64,000 nt of DNA from a virus (taxonomy: Duplodnaviria > Caudoviricetes). The DNA lies in the IMG/VR virus record IMGVR_UViG_3300025392_000002, one strand, 5' to 3'. Shown here piece by piece: positions 19,316 through 26,652 of the stretch. Below the pieces are notes generated by a model. The model had not been told where the DNA came from. It did no database searches and was given only the letters and a program-made list of their open reading frames with translations. The position numbers and the translations under genes are program-made. The number at the start of each line of letters is the position of its first letter. Positions within the stretch are counted from its first letter, which is position 1.

Positions 19316-19487
19316 TGTCGGCTCCTAGGTTAATTACTTGGGTTGTCTGATATTCGAAACTCTTAGTCTGGGGTCTAACATCTCCCAAAGACAGGGCAAA
19401 GATGTCCTCTGCCTCGTCTTGATCCTCTGCTTCTACCACGCCTTCGTAGTAGACTTCTTCATAGGCTGTCACTTGGAACTTGGGCAT
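19308..19487 (-). CDS. 59-aa acidic hypothetical protein
   Basis: Hand translated MPKFQVTAYEE... Confidence 0.55.
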   Translation of the reverse strand: MPKFQVTAYEEVYYEGVVEAEDQDEAEDIFALSLGDVRPQTKSFEYQTTQVINLGADNA

Positions 19488-19488
19488 C

Positions 19489-19755
19489 TTAGACTCCCAT
19501 TTCGTAAAAGGTTACTGAAGGATCAATGCTGAGCAATTCCTCAGCACAACGAGTAAGATTACGCATCTTGGAACGAACCACTGACTGAGGCAGTTCGCCA
19601 TCGCAGGTAAGGTTCTCTGGGCTCATCTCGCTGTCAATGTAGTTGGCAATAGCCTGGCGATCTGCACCGTTCAACAAGCTCAAAGGCTTTTGGTTGAATA
19701 CGGCACGCCATTTGTTCTTGTTCTCTACATACTGCTCTAGTGTGCTAATGTTCAT
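19489..19755 (-). CDS. hypothetical early protein (SPENLTCDGE)
   Basis: Promoter and AGGAGCGA RBS. Confidence 0.75.
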   Translation of the reverse strand: MNISTLEQYVENKNKWRAVFNQKPLSLLNGADRQAIANYIDSEMSPENLTCDGELPQSVVRSKMRNLTRCAEELLSIDPSVTFYEMGV

Positions 19756-19794
19756 AAAGTTCGCTCCTTATGTGTTGTTGAAGTAGTTATTATA

Positions 19795-20043
19795 CTAGAT
19801 TTTACGGATCTTGTCAATAACCATGTTCGCTTCCTGGTTATTGCTTAGGGCTAGGTTAGCCTCTAGATCTAGCTCTTGGGAGCGTAAGAGTAGCTCACGA
19901 CTGTAAGCGTCCATGAGCTCTTGGGCATAGATCTTGTCATCTTCGTCGGCCTGTGCAAACCAAGCCTTAAAGTCATCGCCCTTAGTGTTGAGCAAGAACT
20001 CTAGGTTGTCCCTGTCCCATTCGTTGGTGATTAGGCCTTTCAT
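19795..20043 (-). CDS. hypothetical early protein
   Basis: ORF with RBS. Confidence 0.65.
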   Translation of the reverse strand: MKGLITNEWDRDNLEFLLNTKGDDFKAWFAQADEDDKIYAQELMDAYSRELLLRSQELDLEANLALSNNQEANMVIDKIRKI

Positions 20044-20183
20044 TCGTCGCGTCCTTTGTGTTTAGGGTTGCGTTTAAATGCTTTCTTGTTTTCCACCCGC
20101 TTAGGTTTGAAGGGTGTATTCTCACAGAAGAGCACGAAATGTGCTCGGGTCTTCTGTGGTATTTTTACAACGATCTTCATCAT
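20040..20183 (-). CDS. 47-aa basic protein, ArfA-like
   Basis: Hand translated; LF..NTPFKPKRVENKKAFKRNPKHK; promoter and AGGAG RBS. Confidence 0.5.
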   Translation of the reverse strand: MMKIVVKIPQKTRAHFVLFCENTPFKPKRVENKKAFKRNPKHKGRDE

Positions 20184-20230
20184 GTGCTCCTGTCTGTATA
20201 AATGTATTATACAACCAAAAGCTCAAAATG

Positions 20231-20419
20231 TCAAGCGCCGTAATACGTTGTTTCGTCCTGCTCAATGCCGTTGAGTTGCATCCATGCGTAGACATACTCT
20301 ACAGGCACATCTAGGGTCTTGGCAATGTTCTTTTCAGTCAAGCCCTCGATGTACAGTTGTTCAATATCATAGGCATACATATCTAGTTCAGCCATCTTAC
20401 TCATCAAAGCTCTCCTCAC
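20231..20419 (-). CDS. small HTH-like protein
   Basis: EGLTEKNIAKTLDVPVEYV. Confidence 0.55.
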   Translation of the reverse strand: MRRALMSKMAELDMYAYDIEQLYIEGLTEKNIAKTLDVPVEYVYAWMQLNGIEQDETTYYGA

Positions 20420-20612
20420 CCATCTCTGTTACTTTCTCTTCCACAACGCCAAGGTCGACGATGCGGGCTGTTTGATCTGTATTGCTTACACCTTGGAAGG
20501 CTGTGCGGAATGACTGATTCTCTGCGAGGAAATCAAACACATCCTCACGAGCCCAGCTATCGGGTACCTCAAGCTCTTGTATCAATAGCGTTTCAACTCT
20601 AACTGTTTTCAT
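20397..20612 (-). CDS. hypothetical protein
   Basis: Likely start MKTVRV (AAGGAG RBS); upstream start at 20669 possible. Confidence 0.55.
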   Translation of the reverse strand: MKTVRVETLLIQELEVPDSWAREDVFDFLAENQSFRTAFQGVSNTDQTARIVDLGVVEEKVTEMGEESFDE

Positions 20613-20665
20613 ACCAGCTCCTTTAAGTTTAGCAAGGGCCTGAGCCCTCTTTGATTGAAACCCTG

Positions 20666-21157
20666 TCATTCTGCACACTCTTTTGGATCGAGCTTGGCAA
20701 TAGCTGGGGCAAGTTTCTTCCAACGCTCGCCGTTGCGCTTGTAGTGCCACTCGCCTACTGTGTAGTCGCTTGCCTTAGTATACTTGAAGACATAGTAGTA
20801 GTCGCTCCAAGTATAGTGATCGCAAGCCTTAGCAAGTGTATCAAACACTTTAAAGCCAACGTCTGCTTCGCCTCTGTCGCGTCCGTAAAATGTACAGGAG
20901 TCGCCGTGCTCTGCTTCGTAAGCCTCTTGCTCTTCCTTAGTCAAATCAAATGTGCTGAATGCGTGTTGTACACCAATCTCTTTGCGCAAGCTACTCAAGT
21001 CGCCCAGGGCAATCAAGTTGTTGACTTTAGGGCTTGCTGAATAGTGTTTCTGCAAGATAGCGCCGTTGTGTTCCAAGTACCCATCCCAGTGGCAGTAGAC
21101 TGCGCGAACTGTTTTGTTGTAAGGGTTTTGAATAGCAATCATTGAACGTGTACCCAT
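20666..21157 (-). CDS. hypothetical phage protein (MGTRS...YCHWDGY)
   Basis: Promoter and RBS; start corrected to MGTRS. Confidence 0.75.
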   Translation of the reverse strand: MGTRSMIAIQNPYNKTVRAVYCHWDGYLEHNGAILQKHYSASPKVNNLIALGDLSSLRKEIGVQHAFSTFDLTKEEQEAYEAEHGDSCTFYGRDRGEADVGFKVFDTLAKACDHYTWSDYYYVFKYTKASDYTVGEWHYKRNGERWKKLAPAIAKLDPKECAE

Positions 21158-21216
21158 TTGCTCAGCTCCTTGTGTGTTTGTGTATGTGTTTATTATAGCG
21201 CCTTTTGGGCACCCAG

Positions 21217-21435
21217 TCAACCTTCAAGCCAACAATCCCTGGCCAGCTCTGTGGTTATTGTTTCGCCGCCGATGTAGTCCCCATGGAACCCGCTTGGGCT
21301 AATACTTTCCAGGACTAGGGCCTTGCCTGTGTAGCTCTGCTTGATCTCTACAATCTTGCCCGATTGCTCAATGTCGCATTTGAAATTGACAACATCTCCT
21401 ACAGTGACCTCTTGTCCGTCTACCAGTGCTTTCAT
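21217..21435 (-). CDS. hypothetical early protein
   Basis: ORF, stop inside next -35 box. Confidence 0.65.
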   Translation of the reverse strand: MKALVDGQEVTVGDVVNFKCDIEQSGKIVEIKQSYTGKALVLESISPSGFHGDYIGGETITTELARDCWLEG

Positions 21436-21602
21436 TCTGCCTCCGCTGGTTCAAACATACGAGCACCCATGTCCATAAAGACGTCAAATGTCTTAAGGAA
21501 GTCCTCATCGTACTTGTGACGGTTAACTTTGATGGCAAACAGGCCTACTAGAAGGTCTCCATTGCCTACTTCTTTCGCTACTTTTACCAGATGATCAAAC
21601 AT
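21432..21602 (-). CDS. 56-aa hypothetical protein
   Basis: Hand translated MFDHLVK...; promoter and AGGAGCGA RBS. Confidence 0.65.
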   Translation of the reverse strand: MFDHLVKVAKEVGNGDLLVGLFAIKVNRHKYDEDFLKTFDVFMDMGARMFEPAEAE

Positions 21603-21661
21603 AAGTTTCGCTCCTTATTGTTACTGTTAAAAATATATTATACAACCAAAATCAGTTACTG

Positions 21662-21993
21662 TCAACCAGGGATGCTACAAGGTAGCTTATCATCGTTTGA
21701 CCCCAGCGACAGTAATTAGATTGGGCGGGCAGAGCGTGCTCCTCGTTTAATGTTCAGCCCACTGGCCAACACCCTGTAACCGTACAGTTAGGGAAGAACT
21801 AAAGGGGCTCCGGACTAGGCGCTAGTACCGTCTACTAGATCGTCTGCCTTCGCTATTACTGCCTACTTACTATCGCCGCTTCTCCGAGCCTAAGCCCTGT
21901 TTCATGCCCCAGTTCAAGCGTATCCGTCGATACTGTCCTCTACCTGGGCGCCTAGCGATGTAGGTAACCTTTAATGCTTTCCTAACTGTCTAT
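21662..21993 (-). ncRNA. putative ~330-nt structured non-coding RNA
   Basis: Own TTGACA-17-TATAAT promoter, no ORF of 60 aa or more; long-range stem ACAGTTAGG/CCTAACTGT and many internal helices. Confidence 0.6.
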
Positions 21994-22032
21994 GTGCTTA
22001 TTATAGCACATAGACCCTAACCTGTCAATAAC

Positions 22033-22104
22033 CTATTGTTTTGGACGGTCTTTACAAACTTCAAATCCCTTCCAGTGCCACTTTCTGCAATAGGTACATT
22101 CCAT
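22033..22104 (-). CDS. 23-aa Cys/His micropeptide MECTYCRKWHWKGFEVCKDRPKQ
   Basis: Own promoter and AAGGAG RBS. Confidence 0.55.
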   Translation of the reverse strand: MECTYCRKWHWKGFEVCKDRPKQ

Positions 22105-22172
22105 TGTCTGCTCCTTTGTTGCTAAGTCTTTATTATAGCGCCAAACGAGCAGACTGTCAATAACCTTTCAAT

Positions 22173-22511
22173 TTACTCAACTTCTTCTTCATCCACTTCG
22201 TTCAAGTAGTCAAAGCATTCTTGTACACGACTTGACTCTGTGTTGAAGAATGTATAGTCTCCACAGACCATGCGTCCTTCACCCTCTTTGATGTACTCAA
22301 AGCCACCATAGTAGTCAATAGCACTGGGAGAGTTTTGGACAGCAATCACTTCCTCATCCCTATCAATGTACACAGGACCACAGCGTACATCCAGACCCAA
22401 CTCTGTAGGACTGCATCGTTCCATCTTGCGTACATGACGCTCCACAACCTCGTTGACTGCGTCAATCATGTCCAATGTGCTGTCAAAGTCTGTATCAGTA
22501 AAGTAACCCAT
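22173..22511 (-). CDS. hypothetical early protein (YYGGFEY)
   Basis: Promoter and AGGAGCGA RBS. Confidence 0.75.
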   Translation of the reverse strand: MGYFTDTDFDSTLDMIDAVNEVVERHVRKMERCSPTELGLDVRCGPVYIDRDEEVIAVQNSPSAIDYYGGFEYIKEGEGRMVCGDYTFFNTESSRVQECFDYLNEVDEEEVE

Positions 22512-22567
22512 TTGGTTCGCTCCTTAATGTGTTTAAGTGTTAATTATAGCACCATCTAGCCAAACTG

Positions 22568-22777
22568 TCAACCGCAAAACACTTCTTTAGACAAGATCCG
22601 GTCCTCAACCAGCTCGTGTGCCAAGTTAAGGGCCATAGTGGCTACGGTGATAGCAATAATGCGCTCTTGCCCATTAAAGCGTTGACAGTACTCCATCAGC
22701 TGGTCCAAGCTCTCTGGGGTTGCAAACAATCCGGTCTTTGGGATTGGGTTTTGAACAACGTCGTAAATGCCTGACAT
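22568..22777 (-). CDS. hypothetical early protein
   Basis: Promoter and AGGAGCGA RBS. Confidence 0.7.
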   Translation of the reverse strand: MSGIYDVVQNPIPKTGLFATPESLDQLMEYCQRFNGQERIIAITVATMALNLAHELVEDRILSKEVFCG

Positions 22778-22834
22778 AAGTATCGCTCCTTTTGTTAGTT
22801 GATGTTAGTATTATAGCTGAATCTGGGTTACCTG

Positions 22835-23053
22835 TCAACCAAATGCCTTGAATAACCCTACTAGGCATATGGCTATTGAAACTGCATTTGTTACTAGTTG
22901 TGGAGTGTTGCGCACACGTATGCTCCACACCAAGTAACATGCCCCTCCAAGTACTCCAGCCACAATGTTCCAGGGGTACTGGTTCATTGACATTAATGCG
23001 TACATGGCAAGGAAGCAGGCAGTGCCCGCCCACTGTATTATGCTATTAAACAT
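22835..23053 (-). CDS. small 3-TM membrane protein
   Basis: Hydrophobic helices; likely start MFNSII. Confidence 0.6.
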   Translation of the reverse strand: MFNSIIQWAGTACFLAMYALMSMNQYPWNIVAGVLGGACYLVWSIRVRNTPQLVTNAVSIAICLVGLFKAFG

Positions 23054-23432
23054 CAATGCACTCTCTCCAAACGGTGTACAAGTGTGCTTCGTCCAAACGC
23101 TCAAGTCCTGCTAAAAACTTGGCACCCACGTCCAAGCTAACGTACTCGTCATCCTGCATACCCTGCTCGCTGTACTCCACGTCCATAGCTTCTGCTTCTG
23201 TAAAGCCAATTGTCTGCAAGTACACACGTAATTGAGCTTTGAATAGCGGGTCTGTGTAAATTAATCCGTCTACTGTACAGTCCCAGCTAGCAGGGCTAAA
23301 GTGTACGCACAGCTCGCCAAAGTCCTTCTCAACGTTGCAGTACTGCAAGCGCAGTCCAGTAATGTCTACACGGGCCTGCTTGCGTGACCAGTAGCCGGTA
23401 CCGCTTGTTTGTAGTGTTGTAAAAACATTCAT
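23046..23432 (-). CDS. hypothetical early protein (GLIYTD...YSEQGMQ)
   Basis: Promoter and AGGAGCGA RBS. Confidence 0.75.
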   Translation of the reverse strand: MNVFTTLQTSGTGYWSRKQARVDITGLRLQYCNVEKDFGELCVHFSPASWDCTVDGLIYTDPLFKAQLRVYLQTIGFTEAEAMDVEYSEQGMQDDEYVSLDVGAKFLAGLERLDEAHLYTVWRECIDV

Positions 23433-23463
23433 AAGTTTCGCTCCTTAAAAAACAATTATAACA

Positions 23464-23619
23464 TTAATCCACGTAGTAGTCAACCGTTTGCAATAGTGTG
23501 CTCATTGCGTTCTCTACCTCGTTAAAGCACTCCAGTTCCGCCAGTTGTGCCCCATCGCATGTTGCTTCTAACAGCATAGCTTCCACTTCCGCTAGTTTAA
23601 CAAGTATTGCATCTTTCAT
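23464..23619 (-). CDS. 51-aa acidic hypothetical protein
   Basis: Hand translated MKDAILVK...TVDYYVD; promoter and RBS. Confidence 0.6.
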   Translation of the reverse strand: MKDAILVKLAEVEAMLLEATCDGAQLAELECFNEVENAMSTLLQTVDYYVD

Positions 23620-23693
23620 TTGTGCTCCTTAAAAACTAATTATAGCACACTTTGAGAACTTTGTCAAAATGCGCTATGTATTAACCCTACAGC

Positions 23694-23918
23694 TTACTCT
23701 ACTATTTGAATGTTGTTAGTGCGCAGAGTTTGCTGTGCTGTTAGCAACACACGGGGCAAGTCTGTTGCAATAGTTTCTGCGGGCAAATCTCCGCTGACAA
23801 AGGCACTATTACGCTGAGTAATGCTTTCGTTTGCGTTGCAGAATGCTACAAGAAGTTTATAGCATTTGAGTTTTTTGTTGTACTGTACTTTAGCACGAGC
23901 TACGCAATTTGTAAACAT
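23694..23918 (-). CDS. hypothetical early protein
   Basis: Likely start MFTNCV (AAAGGA RBS); first gene of the array. Confidence 0.6.
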   Translation of the reverse strand: MFTNCVARAKVQYNKKLKCYKLLVAFCNANESITQRNSAFVSGDLPAETIATDLPRVLLTAQQTLRTNNIQIVE

Positions 23919-24008
23919 ATGAGTCCTTTTGTGTGTGTATGTAGTTATTATACTGGATTTTGGCAAGAGTGTCAATAACATATCTTTTGAAGGGTCTCTC
24001 TGACCCGG

Positions 24009-24196
24009 TTGACTGAACTACCAAAATCCAGTATAATTATGGTATGGTTCGAACAGCATACACTGGGGATGGACGTGGACTGTGCCTGGCAGTTCTTAAG
24101 TTAGTTGGTGCCAACTAACTTGCCAAGTTAGTAAGTGCTTACTTGTTGTTTTTGAACGACGAAATTGAAAAAACCCGCTTGACAAAGTGGGTTTTG
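24009..24196 (+). ncRNA. divergent sigma70 promoter driving a putative short RNA that ends at a terminator-like hairpin
   Basis: TTGACT-17-TATAAT 24009-24037; GGGATGGACG; palindromes 24098-24143; hairpin 24167-24196. Confidence 0.35.
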
Positions 24197-24230
24197 GTTT
24201 GGACTGGTCCGGGCCCGAATGTTTCCGAAA

Positions 24231-24446
24231 TTATTGAGAATCCCCGGGTATTATTACTCGATATCCTAATGACTCTGGTGGAGTTAATATATATTCACTA
24301 GCACTCGTCTGATCATCCTTGAATACATCGAAATCACTAGTATGTTGACTGTACTTGAACACTTGTATAGTGCCATCATCACTGACTGTTATATGTGCCT
24401 GATGAGTAGTAAAACGTATAATACACTTAGTAGTGAACATGGCCAT
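24231..24446 (-). CDS. hypothetical protein
   Basis: ORF with GGGAG RBS. Confidence 0.5.
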   Translation of the reverse strand: MAMFTTKCIIRFTTHQAHITVSDDGTIQVFKYSQHTSDFDVFKDDQTSASEYILTPPESLGYRVIIPGDSQ

Positions 24447-24579
24447 CTCCCGGTTGTATATAGTACTTAGTGGTTAGGCCTATTATTCACCGTGAAATAC
24501 TCTGATCTATGTGTAGTATTGTGTGAAATAGATCTCCCCACCGTGCTTATAGTAGTCTATACAGGGGTAAGAATGACTG

Positions 24580-24620
24580 AAAAGTGCAGAAAAGTGTGAC
24601 AAAGTGTGATATTGTGTGAC
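24580..24620 (+). repeat. 10-nt tandem repeat (AAAGTGTGAC-like, 4 copies)
   Basis: aaagtgcaga aaagtgtgac aaagtgtgat attgtgtgac. Confidence 0.7.
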
Positions 24621-24728
24621 AGAATCGGGATTATGATGTGGAATCAGGCCTGGGGACCATCAGGTTACGGTAGAAACAATTTGGAATGGTCTGGCTGAGA
24701 CAGGCATAGCGCAAATACATACTCGCGT

Positions 24729-25052
24729 ACAGCGGGGTCTTATGCATTCGAGTGCATACCCTCATATACCATCATGCTACAGCGGGGTCTATTATACTAT
24801 ATGTCAGCTATATACTAATACACACTAGGAGCGAACCATGCGTGTATACTGTTATCAAACTTGGGCAGACAAGCCTACACAAGAACAGCTTTGGCTATGT
24901 AGTCTACATGTATGTGCGTTGCCCGCAGGCTCTGCACGTTTCTATATACGTGAAGACCGTTTATCCTTTGCTCACATATTGGATCCCCACATGCGTCATA
25001 TAAGAAGTTTGGACTACTATGAATAACTGTGCGTATGCTAACAGCGGGGTCT
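24729..25052 (+). repeat. dispersed 12-mer ACAGCGGGGTCT, 3 copies
   Basis: Exact copies at 24729, 24779, 25041. Confidence 0.8.
24838..25026 (+). CDS. hypothetical protein
   Basis: TAGGAGCGAACC-ATG RBS identical to early array. Confidence 0.65.
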   Translation: MRVYCYQTWADKPTQEQLWLCSLHVCALPAGSARFYIREDRLSFAHILDPHMRHIRSLDYYE

Positions 25053-25065
25053 GTTCGATATACGC

Positions 25066-25097
25066 AAAAAAAACGCTAGCGACTTGAGCTAGCGTTT
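25066..25097 (-). terminator. intrinsic terminator
   Basis: AAACGCTAGC/GCTAGCGTTT hairpin with U-run on minus strand. Confidence 0.65.
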
Positions 25098-25133
25098 GGC
25101 GAATGCCTTTTACTTACCGGCATAGCGAAGCGT

Positions 25134-25373
25134 TCACTGTTTATGTTGGTATCCAGGTATAGTATCTTCACCATGACTCTCATACTCTATGTGTGCTTGC
25201 CAATCACTCACGTGCATATATTGATTAGTGTTTTGTAATGCCGCAAAGTTTTCAGCGTGTTCTCGAGCTTCTTGTTCTGTCATAATGTGTTGCATGTTAG
25301 CTAGATCAAAGCGTCTTACACGTTGTTCAATTGTACGACTAACTGCGTATACTACCCATGTGTTTACAGCCAT
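25134..25373 (-). CDS. hypothetical protein
   Basis: TAAATA and GGAG upstream on minus strand. Confidence 0.6.
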   Translation of the reverse strand: MAVNTWVVYAVSRTIEQRVRRFDLANMQHIMTEQEAREHAENFAALQNTNQYMHVSDWQAHIEYESHGEDTIPGYQHKQ

Positions 25374-25499
25374 AATAATTACTCCAATTTGTTTATATAG
25401 TAGTATTTATAAGGTATATCAGAGTAGCTTCCATAACAGCTAGTATAGCGAGCATTATCCACATACGATATATGAATGGTAGTTTAAAACGCATAACGA

Positions 25500-25733
25500 C
25501 TAAAAGGAGTTACGGTTATATGTAGTGCCAGGTTCACGTGCTCGTTCACAGTAGTATGAGTGAGTATCGTTTGATATAACAACGGCAGTTAAACTACAGT
25601 CATAGCCAGTTATTTGGCTTACTGTATGATCACCAATTGATTTACCCGTGGTTAAGGTACTAGCTGTTGTTGCTACTGTATACACAGCACAGCCAGGAGT
25701 TACCAGTACAGTGAGAATGATGAGCCATTTCAT
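25500..25733 (-). CDS. putative lipoprotein
   Basis: MKWLIILTVLVTPGC lipobox-like; sigma70 promoter directly upstream. Confidence 0.55.
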   Translation of the reverse strand: MKWLIILTVLVTPGCAVYTVATTASTLTTGKSIGDHTVSQITGYDCSLTAVVISNDTHSYYCERAREPGTTYNRNSF

Positions 25734-25926
25734 ATAGTTACTATACGGGACTTTGCTTATATTGTCAACTACCCAGAGCAAGCCGAGGCCTGTGCCGTGG
25801 CTTGTGAATGGCTAGCTGAAGGCGGGACGAGACTACACAGTGCTCAAAATTTTTCGCTACCGCTTCGCGTTGAGTTAACTTGGATCCAAAATTTTGGCGC
25901 CGTGCTCACGCACTTGTAAATATATC

Positions 25927-26652
25927 ATGCTCGAACTATTAACTACATACAGACGGCCCGATGGACTTTGGATGTATCCTTTGGATTCGCCCAACGCTTA
26001 TAGGCAAAATCTACGTCTGCGTCCAGCTGACTGGCCCTGGCGCACTCTAAGTGTTCGCTATACTACTAATAGTCAGGGCTATCGTTGCAGGGAGTTTGAC
26101 TCAATTGACTGGTCCACGAGCATCTTATTCTTTGGCTGTAGTAATCAGTTTGGAGAAGGTGTCAGTGATGAGCATGTGGCCAGTAGTCTAGTACCCGGGG
26201 GTGTTAATTTGGGCATGGGTAGCAGTGATGCACACTTTATGTGGATCAATACACTTAGACTGCTTGACTCAAGTATCAAGCCTAGAGCTTGTGTTTACAT
26301 GTGGCCGCATTGGTCGCGTGTCATGCAGATCACACAGCCCAATCAGTGTAGACTTTGGGGGCCTTGGAACACTAACCAACCCACAGATTGGGCTTGGCCC
26401 TATATTAGTACTGACGTTCATGCTCAGAAAATGACTCAAGCTATACATGCCACAGTCAGCAGGTTATGGACTTGTCCAGTCATACACTCCAGCTATAGAC
26501 AGGAAGTAGTTGATCTGTTGGGCTCCGGTTGTCTAAAGATTCAACTGGTGGATTTGGCTAGGGATTGTCTACACATGGGTATCCAAAGTCATTTGCTGTA
26601 TGCTCAACAGATACAGGCCCAGCTGGACTTAATCGAACTCGCGGGGAACTAG
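25927..26652 (+). CDS. SGNH-hydrolase-like protein
   Basis: NSQGYR, FFGCS, NLG..SS, ARDCLHMG. Confidence 0.6.
   Translation: MLELLTTYRRPDGLWMYPLDSPNAYRQNLRLRPADWPWRTLSVRYTTNSQGYRCREFDSIDWSTSILFFGCSNQFGEGVSDEHVASSLVPGGVNLGMGSSDAHFMWINTLRLLDSSIKPRACVYMWPHWSRVMQITQPNQCRLWGPWNTNQPTDWAWPYISTDVHAQKMTQAIHATVSRLWTCPVIHSSYRQEVVDLLGSGCLKIQLVDLARDCLHMGIQSHLLYAQQIQAQLDLIELAGN

Larger units (their letters stand above)
13658..23975 (-). promoter_or_regulatory. array of about 21 near-consensus sigma70 (early) promoters, mostly TTGACN-N17-TATAAT
   Basis: -35 boxes at about 13681, 14634, 15039, 15360, 16192, 16827, 16931, 17585, 18292, 18734, 19812, 20229, 21215, 21660, 22023, 22155, 22566, 22833, 23478, 23662, 23970. 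Confidence 0.85.

Noticed and set aside
21721-21780. HDV-like/theta ribozyme suggested by CTCCTCG
   Set aside because: Could not build P3 or the nested pseudoknot, and it lies on the strand opposite to the promoter
24729-25052. ACAGCGGGGTCT repeats, or the 13.5-kb 16-mers, as a CRISPR array
   Set aside because: Repeats too short and too few, irregular spacing, no cas genes; the 60292 nuclease is a typical phage exonuclease
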